From positions 18,749-82,748 of IMG/VR virus record IMGVR_UViG_3300031853_000019: a DNA stretch of 64,000 bases. One strand, 5' to 3'. A program made the position numbers and the translations under genes. This DNA is from a virus (lineage: Duplodnaviria; Caudoviricetes). Positions within the stretch are counted from its first letter, which is position 1. The number at the start of each line of letters is the position of its first letter. Shown here one piece after another: positions 22,235 through 32,954 of the stretch. The notes under the pieces were generated by a model. The model had not been told where the DNA came from and did not search any database. It worked only from the letters and a program-made list of their open reading frames with translations.

Positions 22235-23533
22235 ATGCCAGCAGTTAAAGATACTAATAAATATTTTTGTGAGCGATGTAAAAAAACATTAGCGGCAGTT
22301 AAATTTTATACTTATAAAGATGGTACAAAAGTTGAGTTATGTAAAGATTGCTTATGCGCACATGTAGATAATTTTGATCCTAGTACATTTTTATGGATTC
22401 TAGAAAAGATGGATGTTCCTTATATTAGACAAGAGTGGAACATTTTGCGCGATAAGGCTTTCCAAGCAGATCCTAAGAAAGTCGGCGGGGCAGCAGTTCT
22501 TGGTCGATATTTAGGCAAAATGAAACTTAAGCAATATATCAATCCTGAAACTGGTAAAACCTATGGATGGGCGGATTCAGAAATGCTCCAAGCAAAAGCT
22601 GATGCAAATTCTACCCCTGAGATAGAAATGACAGAAGAAGAGATTGAAGAGCTAAAGAAAAGAAATGAAGATTTAAAGATTGCTTATGAAAAGGGTGAAA
22701 TTTCAGAAGCAGAATATAGAACTTTAGTTCCTACAGAAACTCAGCGGGAAGAGGCGGAAGCGGGTGCTATAAGCTTTCCTGGGGCACAACCTGCGCCATC
22801 ACAAAGTGGATTTATTGAAGATAATTTTATTTCAGAAGATGAATTACCTAACCCCGCAGCTGAATTAACTGAAGAAGATAAAATTTATCTTGCTATGAAG
22901 TGGGGTAGATTATATAAGCCTAATGAGTGGGTTGAACTTGAAAAGAAATATACTGAAATGATGGATTCATTTGATATTCAAGATGCGGATTCCCGCAACA
23001 CTCTAATCTTGATGTGCAAAACAGATTTGAAGATGAATCAATGTCTTGATTTAGGTGATATTGATGGATACCAAAAATTAGCAAGAGTAAGTGATAGTTT
23101 AAGAAAGTCAGGACACTTTACTGCAGCGCAGAACAAAGATAAAGATAATGACCAAATTTCTTGTGTTGGTCAAATCGTTGCTTTCTGTGAGCGGGAAGGT
23201 GGTTTTATCCCTAGGTTTGTAACGGATGCTCCGCAGGATATTGTTGATAAGATTATCGAAGATAGTAATAAATATACTTATAACTTAGTTACTAAAGACC
23301 TTGGTTTTGGTCAGCAAATTGAAAATTATTTAAAGAAGATTGCTCTTGAGCAAGAAGCTAGAGATAATGTTTCAGATGATGCTGAGCCAGAAGAAGTTTT
23401 AGATGATGATATTAGAGAATTCTATGAGCGGCAAGCAGAAGACAAAGAGCTAGATGATAAGAAACTAGATGACAAGGTAACCGCATATAATATGAAAGAG
23501 TTAGAGGAAGGTGAAGAAGATGGCGTTAGCTGA
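22235..23533 (+). CDS. Zinc-finger protein upstream of terminase; possible terminase small subunit
   Basis: CERC..CKDC N-terminus; position immediately before and overlapping the large subunit. Confidence 0.5.
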   Translation: MPAVKDTNKYFCERCKKTLAAVKFYTYKDGTKVELCKDCLCAHVDNFDPSTFLWILEKMDVPYIRQEWNILRDKAFQADPKKVGGAAVLGRYLGKMKLKQYINPETGKTYGWADSEMLQAKADANSTPEIEMTEEEIEELKKRNEDLKIAYEKGEISEAEYRTLVPTETQREEAEAGAISFPGAQPAPSQSGFIEDNFISEDELPNPAAELTEEDKIYLAMKWGRLYKPNEWVELEKKYTEMMDSFDIQDADSRNTLILMCKTDLKMNQCLDLGDIDGYQKLARVSDSLRKSGHFTAAQNKDKDNDQISCVGQIVAFCEREGGFIPRFVTDAPQDIVDKIIEDSNKYTYNLVTKDLGFGQQIENYLKKIALEQEARDNVSDDAEPEEVLDDDIREFYERQAEDKELDDKKLDDKVTAYNMKELEEGEEDGVS

Positions 23534-25268
23534 TTTAATGGAACTTTCCGCTAATAAAACTAATCAAAAGATTGGTATTTCAGAAGAGCGTTTGCATGGT
23601 TGTTTAGATGAACTTCGTAAAGCGATTGCTTTTTATAGAGAATATCCTGATATTTATATAGATACTTGTGTAGAATGCGCGCAAGGAAATGAAAAGAAAG
23701 TATTAAAACTATATACTTACCAGAGAGTATTTTTGCGGCAAGCAATGAGATATAGACATGTATATGCAGTATATCCTCGTGCTTATTCAAAATCTTTCTT
23801 GTCAGTATTAGTTTTAATGCTTAGATGTATTTTCTATCCCGGCTGTCATTTATTTGTTACAACAGGTGGTAAAGAGCAGGCTACTGGTATTGTGCGCGAA
23901 AAGGCGGAAGAACTTTGTAAACTTGTTCCAGGTCTTGCAAATGAAGTAAACTTTGATCGTGGTAAATCTAAATCTTCGAAAGAAGAATTTACTTACTTGT
24001 TTAAAAATGGTAGTATTCTTGACGTTATGGCAGCAACACAACGATCCAGAGGTCGAAGAGCTACTGGCGGGTTAATAGAGGAGGTTATTCTAGTTGATGG
24101 TACGCTATTGAACGAAGTAATAATCCCTACCATGAACGTAGATAGACTACTTCCTGATGGTACTCGACATGAAGAGGAGATTATTAACAAGAGTCAAATA
24201 TACGTGACAACAGCAGGCTGGAAGAATACATTCCCCTATGAAAAGCTGATGATGACACTACTTGAACAAGTAACTAAGAAAGAGCAGTCTATTGTAATGG
24301 GCGGTACTTGGAGAATACCTGTTGCAGAAGGTCTTTTATCACACAACTTCGTTCAGCAGTTAAAACTTGATGGTACTTATAATGACAGTTCATTTGGTCG
24401 TGAATATGAATCAGAGTGGAGCGGCGATGCGGAAAATGCTTATTTCTCGTCAGAGATTTTTGATAAATATCGTATCCTTCTTCAGCCTGAATATGAATAC
24501 AGCGGAAGAAGTAGCAAATCCGCTTATTATGTGCTTGGAATAGATGTTGGTAGAAAAGGATGCACCACAGAAGTTTGTGTTCTTAAAGTAACTCCTCAGC
24601 CTCAAGGTAATTCTATTAAGTCTCTTGTAAACTTACAGTCTTGGGAAGAAGAGCATTTTGAACAGCAAGCTATTAATATCAAGAAACTCTTTTATAAGTA
24701 TAAGGCGCGAACTTGCGCTATAGATGCTAATGGTCTTGGTATTGGTCTTATTGATTACATGGTTAAAAGTCAAATTGATCCAGAGACAGGAGATACACTC
24801 CCGCCATTCGGTGTTGACAATCTTGATGAATATCCAGAGTATAAGAAGTTTAAAACTCCTGATACTGAAAAGGATGCTATGTATTTAATTAAGGCAAACG
24901 CGCCAATTAACACTGAAGCACATACTTATGTGCAAACGCAATTATCTAGCGGAAAGATTAAATTCTTAATAGATGAAACTACTGCTAAGATTAAATTAAT
25001 GGAAACTAAATTAGGTCAGTCGATGACACCTGAAAAGCGAGCTGAATATTTAATGCCTTTTACATTGACTACTAGTTTGCGTGAACAAATGCTTAATTTA
25101 GTTGAAGATAATGAAGGTGTTAATATCATTCTTAAACAATCTACTAGAGCAGTATTAAAAGATAAATTCTCTGCTTTTGAGTATGGACTATTATTCATTA
25201 AGCGGGAAGAAGATAGAAGAAAGAAAAAGAAAAAACTTGACATTTCAAATTTAATGTTATTTAATTAA
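23520..25268 (+). CDS. terL: Terminase large subunit
   Basis: Walker A-like PRAYSKS, GGKEQA, Walker B GGLIEEV, motif C VTTAG, RNase H-like nuclease GIDVGR and DKFSA. Confidence 0.9.
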   Translation: MALADLMELSANKTNQKIGISEERLHGCLDELRKAIAFYREYPDIYIDTCVECAQGNEKKVLKLYTYQRVFLRQAMRYRHVYAVYPRAYSKSFLSVLVLMLRCIFYPGCHLFVTTGGKEQATGIVREKAEELCKLVPGLANEVNFDRGKSKSSKEEFTYLFKNGSILDVMAATQRSRGRRATGGLIEEVILVDGTLLNEVIIPTMNVDRLLPDGTRHEEEIINKSQIYVTTAGWKNTFPYEKLMMTLLEQVTKKEQSIVMGGTWRIPVAEGLLSHNFVQQLKLDGTYNDSSFGREYESEWSGDAENAYFSSEIFDKYRILLQPEYEYSGRSSKSAYYVLGIDVGRKGCTTEVCVLKVTPQPQGNSIKSLVNLQSWEEEHFEQQAINIKKLFYKYKARTCAIDANGLGIGLIDYMVKSQIDPETGDTLPPFGVDNLDEYPEYKKFKTPDTEKDAMYLIKANAPINTEAHTYVQTQLSSGKIKFLIDETTAKIKLMETKLGQSMTPEKRAEYLMPFTLTTSLREQMLNLVEDNEGVNIILKQSTRAVLKDKFSAFEYGLLFIKREEDRRKKKKKLDISNLMLFN

Positions 25269-25327
25269 AATTTTTTGGACATTTTAGACAAAATGTTTTT
25301 AAGTTTTTTTCATATACTATATAGGTA

Positions 25328-25708
25328 GTGGAAAGAGGTGAAAGAAAACTAATGCGTGCAAGTAGAGGCGAAATAAAAATTGAAGAAATATTAGATGCAG
25401 CAGGTTTAATATATAAAGAAGAATATAGTTTTCCGGATCTCGTGTCTAGTAATGGTCGGCCACTAAGATTTGATTTTGCGGTTTTTGATGATGATGGAGA
25501 CCTTGATTTTCTTATTGAATACCAGGGTATCCAGCATTATGAACCAAAAGAGAAATTTGGTGGTTGGTCAGGTTTTCATAAACAACAATTTAATGATATG
25601 ATGAAAAGAGAATATTGTAGAAAACATAATATCAAATTAATTGCAATTCCATATACCGATGAACATATAATTAATTATGATTATATAATGAGATTAGCTG
25701 GTTATTAA
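25328..25708 (+). CDS. PD-(D/E)xK / Vsr-like endonuclease (DUF559/DUF2726-type)
   Basis: SRGE..I..L, LRFDFAV, LIEYQGIQHY, KREYC..NIKLIAIPY; likely start MRASRGE at 25352. Confidence 0.7.
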   Translation: MERGERKLMRASRGEIKIEEILDAAGLIYKEEYSFPDLVSSNGRPLRFDFAVFDDDGDLDFLIEYQGIQHYEPKEKFGGWSGFHKQQFNDMMKREYCRKHNIKLIAIPYTDEHIINYDYIMRLAGY

Positions 25709-25722
25709 ATTGGAGGATTGTA

Positions 25723-27336
25723 ATGAGAGATATAAGAAAAGAAGCGATAGCTCAATTAATAACCGGTAACTCTAATACAAAAAACGGATTAATGGATTTC
25801 TCAAAGATTAAAGTTGATACTGGCATTTTACATGATGCGGTAGTTACATCTCCTTTGAAGAAAATTAACTCCATGTATGCTGATAAGAATTATGTTCTTC
25901 AAGCTATTAATAGCGGAAATATAGAGAACATGAGAAAAATATCTGATTTCTTTTATAAAACTAGTGGTATTTATTCAAGATTATGCAGATATTTAGCTTA
26001 TTTATATAGATATGATTGGTATGTTGTTCCTTACATTGATGGCGGAGATACTTATCCGCCTAACAGTGATAATGGAGATATATCTTCAAAGAATGTAAAT
26101 AAAATCTTGGATAGCTTTTTTGGAGTTCTTAAATATTTAGATTCATTTAATGTTAAGAAGTTCTTAGGAGATACGGCTTTAAAAATTGTAAAGAATGGTT
26201 GCTATTATGGATATATAGTCCATTCTACAGATTTTCCTTCCGTACAAGAGTTACCCATTGAATATTGTCGATCTCGATATTCTGTTCAGAATCGTCCAGT
26301 GGTAGAATTTAATATGAAATATTTTAATGACTATTATCCAGATGAAGAATACAGAAATCGAGTATTAAAGTTATTCCCAGAAGAATTTTCAAAAGGATAT
26401 AAACTTTATCGTCAAGGTAAATTAAAAGGTGATTTTCAGGGTGATACATCAGGTTGGTTTTTACTTGATCCTGATTGCGCTTTTAAATTTAATATAAACG
26501 GGGAAGATATTCCTCTAATGATGGCGGTTATTCCCGCAATTATTGACTTAGATGATGCGCAAGAGTTAGACAAGAAAAGAATGGCTCAAAAGTTGCTTAA
26601 AGTTATTGTTCAGCAAATGCCGCTTGATAAGAATGGTGATCCAGTCTTTGATAGTGATGAAATGCAGTTAATGCATAGTAATGCGGTTAAGATGATTTCT
26701 AGTGCTTTTGGTGTAGATGTCTTAACTACTTTAGCGGATATCCAAGTTGCGGATATGGCTGATAAAAATACCACTACTACAGTAGATGACTTAGCAAAAG
26801 TCGAGAGAGCAGTTTATAATGAAGCTGGTGTTTCACAAATGTTGTTTAATACTGATGGTAATATTGCTCTTGAGAAATCTTATGCTAATGATGCAGCCAT
26901 GATGAGTAACTTAGTTGCTCAATTTGAAGATTTCTTAAATCTTATCATTAAGAAGTTTAATAAGAGTCCTAAAAAGGTTTATTATCAAGTTCAAATCCTC
27001 GGTACTACACAAGATAATTATAAAGAATTATCTAAGATGTATAAAGAGCAGACTCAGTTAGGTTACAGTAAGATGTTGCCGCAAATTGCACTTGGTCAGT
27101 TACAGAGTACAATTCTTGCTAATGCGTTCTTCGAGAATGATTTACTTAACCTTGTTACTGTATTTGTTCCTCCTCTTATGTCTAGTACAATGAATGCGGA
27201 TTCCCTTGCGCAGCAGCAGACAGGCCGTATGAGATCGGGTTTGGGCGACGGTGAAGAGAAAACTGCCGGCCGCCCTGAGAAGGAAGAAGGAGAAAAATCA
27301 ACCAAAACTCTTCAAAACTTAGAGAGTAAAAGTTAA
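25723..27336 (+). CDS. Portal protein
   Basis: 537 aa, position after terminase, helical composition typical of portals. Confidence 0.75.
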   Translation: MRDIRKEAIAQLITGNSNTKNGLMDFSKIKVDTGILHDAVVTSPLKKINSMYADKNYVLQAINSGNIENMRKISDFFYKTSGIYSRLCRYLAYLYRYDWYVVPYIDGGDTYPPNSDNGDISSKNVNKILDSFFGVLKYLDSFNVKKFLGDTALKIVKNGCYYGYIVHSTDFPSVQELPIEYCRSRYSVQNRPVVEFNMKYFNDYYPDEEYRNRVLKLFPEEFSKGYKLYRQGKLKGDFQGDTSGWFLLDPDCAFKFNINGEDIPLMMAVIPAIIDLDDAQELDKKRMAQKLLKVIVQQMPLDKNGDPVFDSDEMQLMHSNAVKMISSAFGVDVLTTLADIQVADMADKNTTTTVDDLAKVERAVYNEAGVSQMLFNTDGNIALEKSYANDAAMMSNLVAQFEDFLNLIIKKFNKSPKKVYYQVQILGTTQDNYKELSKMYKEQTQLGYSKMLPQIALGQLQSTILANAFFENDLLNLVTVFVPPLMSSTMNADSLAQQQTGRMRSGLGDGEEKTAGRPEKEEGEKSTKTLQNLESKS

Positions 27337-27357
27337 ATATATTAGGAGGCAAAAGAA

Positions 27358-28767
27358 ATGAATAATTATATGTCTATTTCAACTATAAGCTCTCCAGAGT
27401 TTATAAACCTTGAACCTCTTGATGTTAGTCCTTTTATTTCTAAATGTGACATTAAAGTTTTGTATTTAGGTAAAAATAGAAATAATACTTCTATTGATAA
27501 GGAAACTGCCATGGAAATGGCAAAAACTTTAAGAGGTAATCCTATTGTAGGTTACTATAAAAAAGAAGATGAAGACTTTCAAGATCATGGTAAGAAGATT
27601 ACTATTGATGGAAAGGGTGTTCATTTTGATTGCTTAACGCAACCTTATGGTTTTGTTGCTCCAGATGCAGATGTCTGGTTCCAAGACTTTGAAGTTCAAA
27701 AAGATGATGGTACGAGTATTGTTAAGACTTTCTTAATGACTACTGGTTATCTTTGGACTGGTCAGTATGAAGAAGCACAACAGATTCTTGATGATGGCGG
27801 AAAAGGTCAATCAATGGAACTTGATGATGAAACCATGCAGGGGCATTGGGCAAATGACTTTAATTCTAATAGAGAATTTTTTATTATTAGTGACGCAATG
27901 TTTACTAAACTTTGTGTGCTAGGCGATGATGTAGAACCTTGTTTTGAAGGTGCTAGTGTAACCGCCCCAGAAGTAAGTACAAATTTTACTTTAGATAAGA
28001 ATTTTGCGACTACTTTGTACACAATGATGAAAGAACTAAAAGAAACTCTACAAGGAGGTATAAATAAAGTGGAAGAGCAGAATAAAGAAGTTCTTGAGAA
28101 CGAAGTTCAAGAGACTGCGGAAGCTCAGACTGAGGAACTCGTAGCCGAGGATCCAGCAGTTGAAACTCCAGTTGTAGAAGAAACTGCAGCAGAGGACGCA
28201 GGAATCGTAGAAGAGGCTCCTGCCGCAGACTTTGAGCAAAATGAGGACAACTCTGTTGAATCTATTGCTTCTGAAAATGAAGTAAATATAGAGGAACCTT
28301 CTGTTGAATTTGAAAAGAAAGAAGACGACGAGAAGGAAGAGTCTAAAGACGACAGCGAAGATGAAGAGAATACTGAAGACGAAGATAAGAAAAAGAAAGA
28401 AGAAGACTATGCTTTATTAAAGACTGAATATGATAATCTTAAAGCAGAGTATGAAACTTTAAAAGAGGAAGTTGAATCTCTTCGCGAGTATAAGTTAGGC
28501 AAAGAAAATGAAGCAAAAGATGCTTTAATTTCTGAGTTTTATATGCTTTCTGACGAGGATAAGAAGGATGTTATTGATAACAAGACCTCTTATACTCTTG
28601 ACGAAATTAAATCTAAATTAGCTGTTATTTGCTATGACAAAAAAATTAATTATTCCAATAGTAAAGATTCTGATGACAAATTGGCTGATGCAACAGTAAA
28701 TATGGCTCAGGTTGATTCTTCAACTCCTGAATGGTTGCAAGCAGTAGACGCACACAGCAATCGATAA
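27358..28767 (+). CDS. Prohead protease / scaffold
   Basis: N-terminal protease-like domain (PIVG, DH, GQSMEL, LCVLG..EPCF), acidic linker and C-terminal coiled coil. Confidence 0.75.
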   Translation: MNNYMSISTISSPEFINLEPLDVSPFISKCDIKVLYLGKNRNNTSIDKETAMEMAKTLRGNPIVGYYKKEDEDFQDHGKKITIDGKGVHFDCLTQPYGFVAPDADVWFQDFEVQKDDGTSIVKTFLMTTGYLWTGQYEEAQQILDDGGKGQSMELDDETMQGHWANDFNSNREFFIISDAMFTKLCVLGDDVEPCFEGASVTAPEVSTNFTLDKNFATTLYTMMKELKETLQGGINKVEEQNKEVLENEVQETAEAQTEELVAEDPAVETPVVEETAAEDAGIVEEAPAADFEQNEDNSVESIASENEVNIEEPSVEFEKKEDDEKEESKDDSEDEENTEDEDKKKKEEDYALLKTEYDNLKAEYETLKEEVESLREYKLGKENEAKDALISEFYMLSDEDKKDVIDNKTSYTLDEIKSKLAVICYDKKINYSNSKDSDDKLADATVNMAQVDSSTPEWLQAVDAHSNR

Positions 28768-28790
28768 TAATACAAGGAGGAAATATAAAG

Positions 28791-29324
28791 ATGGCAAGTA
28801 TTACAAGAAAAGGCTTTGGTCAAGTAGAGCCTAATCATCTTTCTGCACAGAGAACTGGACAGATTTATGCTCAGCTTATCGCAGATAAGAATATAAACAT
28901 CATCGAGAATGGTCAGTTTATGAAGTATGACTATTCAAATAGAAAAGCTAGCCTTGATGGCACCGTTGAAGGTGAATGGCTGCTTGTTTACAATGAAGAG
29001 AAGCTTTATGATCCTAGAAAGCAGGAGCATAAGTATTTTGCACAGGTTAAGACTGATTTTGTAGACGGTGAGATTGTACCTCGTCTTTTCAAGACAAACA
29101 TTGGTGATATCTTCACTACAAATACACTTGGCGCAAATACATCTGATACTGCAACCACTAAGGCTTTCACAGTAAAGAAAGATGATCTTATGCAGGTTGG
29201 CACAAATGGTTACCTTGAGGTAGTTGGTCAGGGTGTAACTCCTACCGCTCCTGTATTTAAGGTAGTTGACATTACTACACTTGCTGATAAGCAGGATGCA
29301 GTTAAGCTTCAAAGAGTACAGTAA
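28791..29324 (+). CDS. Head decoration / minor capsid protein
   Basis: Start MASITRK after GGAGG; between scaffold and capsid; high-expression codon bias. Confidence 0.55.
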   Translation: MASITRKGFGQVEPNHLSAQRTGQIYAQLIADKNINIIENGQFMKYDYSNRKASLDGTVEGEWLLVYNEEKLYDPRKQEHKYFAQVKTDFVDGEIVPRLFKTNIGDIFTTNTLGANTSDTATTKAFTVKKDDLMQVGTNGYLEVVGQGVTPTAPVFKVVDITTLADKQDAVKLQRVQ

Positions 29325-29338
29325 GGAGGAAAAAAGAA

Positions 29339-30424
29339 ATGGCTTTAGATAAGAAAAATTTAATTGAATTAGCTAGAGTTGTAGCAAAAGCTGATTCTAA
29401 TTCTCCTACTGCATATAGCTTTGGAGAGAAGAAGTATAGCTATGACGAGCTTGATAGCACACTTCGTGCTGAACTGAAAGAACTTGTTGGCACTCCTCAA
29501 CTTTACAGAGAGAATAAGGGTACTCTTTTCACTCTGATTGAAGAGACTATTACAGAAGTTCTTCCTAAAAGAGTTCTTGAGCAGTATGGTATGTTCGCAG
29601 ATATCCGTACATTTGACGATGGTGAGAAGGCAATCTTCTCTATTAAAACTTCTAACTATGCTAAGCAGAGAGGTAAGAAGTTCGTAACTAAGGTTGGTCT
29701 TGCAGGTGTTTACGAGGTATTCAAACTTGATGGATACACATTAGAAGTACCTGTTGAGGCATGGGGCGGTGCTGCTCAGATCGGTTTCGAGGAGTATCTT
29801 GCAGATCGTATTGATATGGCTGATGTAATCGGTATTATCAATGATGGTCTTAACGAAGCTGTATATCGTGAGATTGCTAAGGCTCTTAAGAGTGCAATCA
29901 ATAGCATCCAGCCTACAAACATTGATTCTCAGACTGGTTTCGTAGAGTCTTCTATGGATAATCTTCTTCAGATTGCAGACTCTTATGGTAAGGCTACAAT
30001 TTATTGTACTTATGAGTTTGCTGCGCTGATGGTTCCTCAGTCTGGTTGGATTTCTGACGAGCAGAGAAACGCTAAGTGGAATACTGGTTACCTTGCTAAC
30101 TACAAGGGACATAATGTTGTAATTCTTCCTCAGTCTTATGAGGATGCTTCTAATACTAAGAAGGTAATTGATCCTTCCTATGCTTACATCATCCCTACTG
30201 GAGCAGATAAGCCTATTAAGGTTGCTTTCGAGGGTGGCGTACATACTAAGGAAGTTGAGAATCAGGATTGGTCTACTGAAATCCGCGCTTACCAGAAGTT
30301 CGGTGTAGGTATGGTTGGTATTAACTCTGGTATCTGTGTATATCAGAATTCAAACCTTGCACCTGCAGCTAAGACACTTGTTCTTAATGCAGCACCTGGA
30401 CTTGATGCGGTTTATACACCATAG
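29339..30424 (+). CDS. Major capsid protein
   Basis: 361 aa, high-expression codons, followed by a terminator; HK97-like C-terminal pattern. Confidence 0.75.
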   Translation: MALDKKNLIELARVVAKADSNSPTAYSFGEKKYSYDELDSTLRAELKELVGTPQLYRENKGTLFTLIEETITEVLPKRVLEQYGMFADIRTFDDGEKAIFSIKTSNYAKQRGKKFVTKVGLAGVYEVFKLDGYTLEVPVEAWGGAAQIGFEEYLADRIDMADVIGIINDGLNEAVYREIAKALKSAINSIQPTNIDSQTGFVESSMDNLLQIADSYGKATIYCTYEFAALMVPQSGWISDEQRNAKWNTGYLANYKGHNVVILPQSYEDASNTKKVIDPSYAYIIPTGADKPIKVAFEGGVHTKEVENQDWSTEIRAYQKFGVGMVGINSGICVYQNSNLAPAAKTLVLNAAPGLDAVYTP

Positions 30425-30446
30425 TCTGAATAAATTAATATCTTTT

Positions 30447-30472
30447 CTAGGGGAGATTTATATCTCCCCTAG
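30447..30472 (+). terminator. Terminator hairpin after capsid gene
   Basis: CTAGGGGAGAT-TTAT-ATCTCCCCTAG. Confidence 0.7.
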
Positions 30473-30507
30473 ATTAAATATTTATAGAGATAAAAGGAGA
30501 TATTGTT

Positions 30508-31050
30508 ATGGAAATGAATAATAAGGTAAAGGTTACCAATAGACATAGAGGAAAGACAGGATATACTATTCCTGATTTAAATAATCTTCATAGAGATTTT
30601 GAGCCTGGTGAAGTTAAGATTGTAGACAAGGAAGAAATTTTTAAGTTGTCACAGTTCCCAGGTGGAAGATATATTCTTGCTAATTATCTTGTTATTGAAG
30701 ATAGCGAGTTAGTTTCAGAAGTATTTAATGAAGTTGAGCCTGAGTATTTTTATACTAAAGATGATATTAAGCGTATTATGAAAGATGGCTCGCTTGATGA
30801 ATTTGAAGATATGCTTAATTTCTCTCCTCTTGGCGGAATTGAAATTATTAAACAAGTTGCAGTTGAGTTACCTCTTAACGATATTGCTAAGAGAGATTTG
30901 ATTCTTCAGAAGACTGGTTTTAATGTTGCTAATGCTATCGAAATCGCAAAGGATGAAGAGAAAATAGTTGAAGTAAAGCCTGAGAGAAAGGCGACTACAC
31001 CTGCATCTAAGCCGGTTAGAAAGGTAGTTACACCAACTGCAAAGAAGTAA
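30508..31050 (+). CDS. Head-associated hypothetical protein
   Basis: 180 aa, basic C-terminal tail, position after capsid. Confidence 0.65.
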   Translation: MEMNNKVKVTNRHRGKTGYTIPDLNNLHRDFEPGEVKIVDKEEIFKLSQFPGGRYILANYLVIEDSELVSEVFNEVEPEYFYTKDDIKRIMKDGSLDEFEDMLNFSPLGGIEIIKQVAVELPLNDIAKRDLILQKTGFNVANAIEIAKDEEKIVEVKPERKATTPASKPVRKVVTPTAKK

Positions 31051-31072
31051 TTTAATTGAGAGGAGTGATTAA

Positions 31073-31621
31073 ATGACACCGTTTTCAAAGGTTTATGATT
31101 TATTCCTCAGAAAAATTACAGATGATATGTATATGGAATTTACTCCAGAGGACACTATGAAAATGCTTAATGAATTGCTTGAATCTGCAATTCCTTGGTT
31201 TGAGTTTCCTAGAAAGTCGCTGGAAACACAAGAGCCAGACGATCCATCAGATGAAGAAGATGGTTATTTTATTAGTGATTTAACTAAAGAAGAAATGAAC
31301 ATCTTAGCTATCTATATGGTGCGGGAATGGCTTGGTCAACAGCTTGCGAGTATCGAGAATGTCCGTATGAAATATAGCGGCAGCGATTTTAAATTCACTT
31401 CACAAGCAAATCATATGGCTAAAGTACAGTCTATGATGAAAGAATATGAAAGACAAGGATTCCATTTACAAAGGTTGTATAAAAGACGAAAGTTAGATAG
31501 TAATGGAGTTTATAGGTCTACTTTACATACAATAATGGATACTCCAGTTTATCCTTTTAGTAGAGGAAATGAAGATCCAGCGACCTCCAATCAAAAGGAG
31601 GAATATTATTATGAAGACTAA
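31073..31621 (+). CDS. Putative head-tail adaptor
   Basis: Helical 182-aa protein, MTPFSKVYDLF start, position in neck cluster. Confidence 0.5.
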   Translation: MTPFSKVYDLFLRKITDDMYMEFTPEDTMKMLNELLESAIPWFEFPRKSLETQEPDDPSDEEDGYFISDLTKEEMNILAIYMVREWLGQQLASIENVRMKYSGSDFKFTSQANHMAKVQSMMKEYERQGFHLQRLYKRRKLDSNGVYRSTLHTIMDTPVYPFSRGNEDPATSNQKEEYYYED

Positions 31622-31931
31622 GTATGATCTTGAGGTAACTCCTGAAACACTATATAAAAATATAAAAAAGATAATTAACTTAACATATAAGTTATTACCT
31701 ATGCGCGAAGAGGGTTCCGATTGGTCTAAGTTATTAGAGACCTTATTAGAAGAGCTGGTTGGAATGAATAGGTTGCTTATCGACTTACAACCTAGACTGT
31801 TTCCGATTATCTGTAAGATGGAAGGTTTATTTAGTCTAACTAAAGATTCAGATATGTCCCTTTATAGGAGAGTTATATTTGAGTGTCTAGGTTTACTAAG
31901 TAAAGTGTATGAAGATGGAAGCTTTAAATAA
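31611..31931 (+). CDS. Hypothetical virion assembly protein
   Basis: Start MKTKYDL after AAGGAGG. Confidence 0.65.
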   Translation: MKTKYDLEVTPETLYKNIKKIINLTYKLLPMREEGSDWSKLLETLLEELVGMNRLLIDLQPRLFPIICKMEGLFSLTKDSDMSLYRRVIFECLGLLSKVYEDGSFK

Positions 31932-32940
31932 TATGCGCAAACGCCTACAATATAATGGCGGAGAATTTCAGCAAAGTCGAATGATAGAGGGTAAATTGCA
32001 AAGTCTGAAAAAGGCTTTGCTTTATTCTTATCAGGCTGGAACGATGGTTATTGATAATCCTAAGTATGATGAAAAAGCAAAAGAGGGTATTGAAAGTTTA
32101 CCTGTATTAGAATTTAGATGTCTAATGAATCCGGATAAACTTACCTTTAATGAAGATAAAAAAATGTTATCTGTTCCATTTAAAGATATTTGTTTAAATG
32201 CGGAGCGGGTTGGCAAGATGTCCGAGGGGATAATCGACATTCCTGTAGAATGTGGAACTACCTTTATGTGGAAGGAGACCAATTCCCGCTGGTTAGTTAC
32301 TTTAAGATATCTTGAAGAATTAGCTTACTTTAGAGCAGATGTTAGAAAATGTTTTCCTTATTCTCTTGATATAAATGGAAAATCATATTGGTTTTCTTCT
32401 GTTGGTGAAGATCAAGAGACTATTGAGTGGAATAAGAAAAGATATGAAGAATGGAATCAACTTAATTATACTAGATTATTATATATTAAAAGAGATGAAA
32501 ATACTTTAGATTACTTTAAACGATTTAAAGTGATTAAAGTTCCTAATATTGATGGGAAGTTAGAATCTTGGGAGATTCAAACAGTTGCTCCCAATAGTAT
32601 TGATAATGTTATTAAAGTCTATATCAAAGAGTATTTTGAAAATCCTTATGAGGAAATTAGTGAAATCGCGCAACAACAAATTGCGGAAATGCATGAATTA
32701 AATGAAGATTTAGAAATGTATGTTTATGGTTCACTAAATGTTTCTACTTCTTTTGTAGAAAATGCTTATTGGGAAATTAAAAATGCTACTTCTGGTATGA
32801 AGTTTGAATTAGATGCAATAAAGAAAGATGACAATGCTATTGTAACTATTGAATCTTTATCAGGTAAATCTGGAAGTTTTGATTTATACTATAATGATAA
32901 ATTAGTTAATCATGTTGTAGTTAAATCAATAAAGAGATAA
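31909..32940 (+). CDS. Putative head closure / neck protein
   Basis: 343 aa, beta-rich, synteny. Confidence 0.5.
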   Translation: MKMEALNNMRKRLQYNGGEFQQSRMIEGKLQSLKKALLYSYQAGTMVIDNPKYDEKAKEGIESLPVLEFRCLMNPDKLTFNEDKKMLSVPFKDICLNAERVGKMSEGIIDIPVECGTTFMWKETNSRWLVTLRYLEELAYFRADVRKCFPYSLDINGKSYWFSSVGEDQETIEWNKKRYEEWNQLNYTRLLYIKRDENTLDYFKRFKVIKVPNIDGKLESWEIQTVAPNSIDNVIKVYIKEYFENPYEEISEIAQQQIAEMHELNEDLEMYVYGSLNVSTSFVENAYWEIKNATSGMKFELDAIKKDDNAIVTIESLSGKSGSFDLYYNDKLVNHVVVKSIKR

Positions 32941-32954
32941 AAGGAGAATGATAT

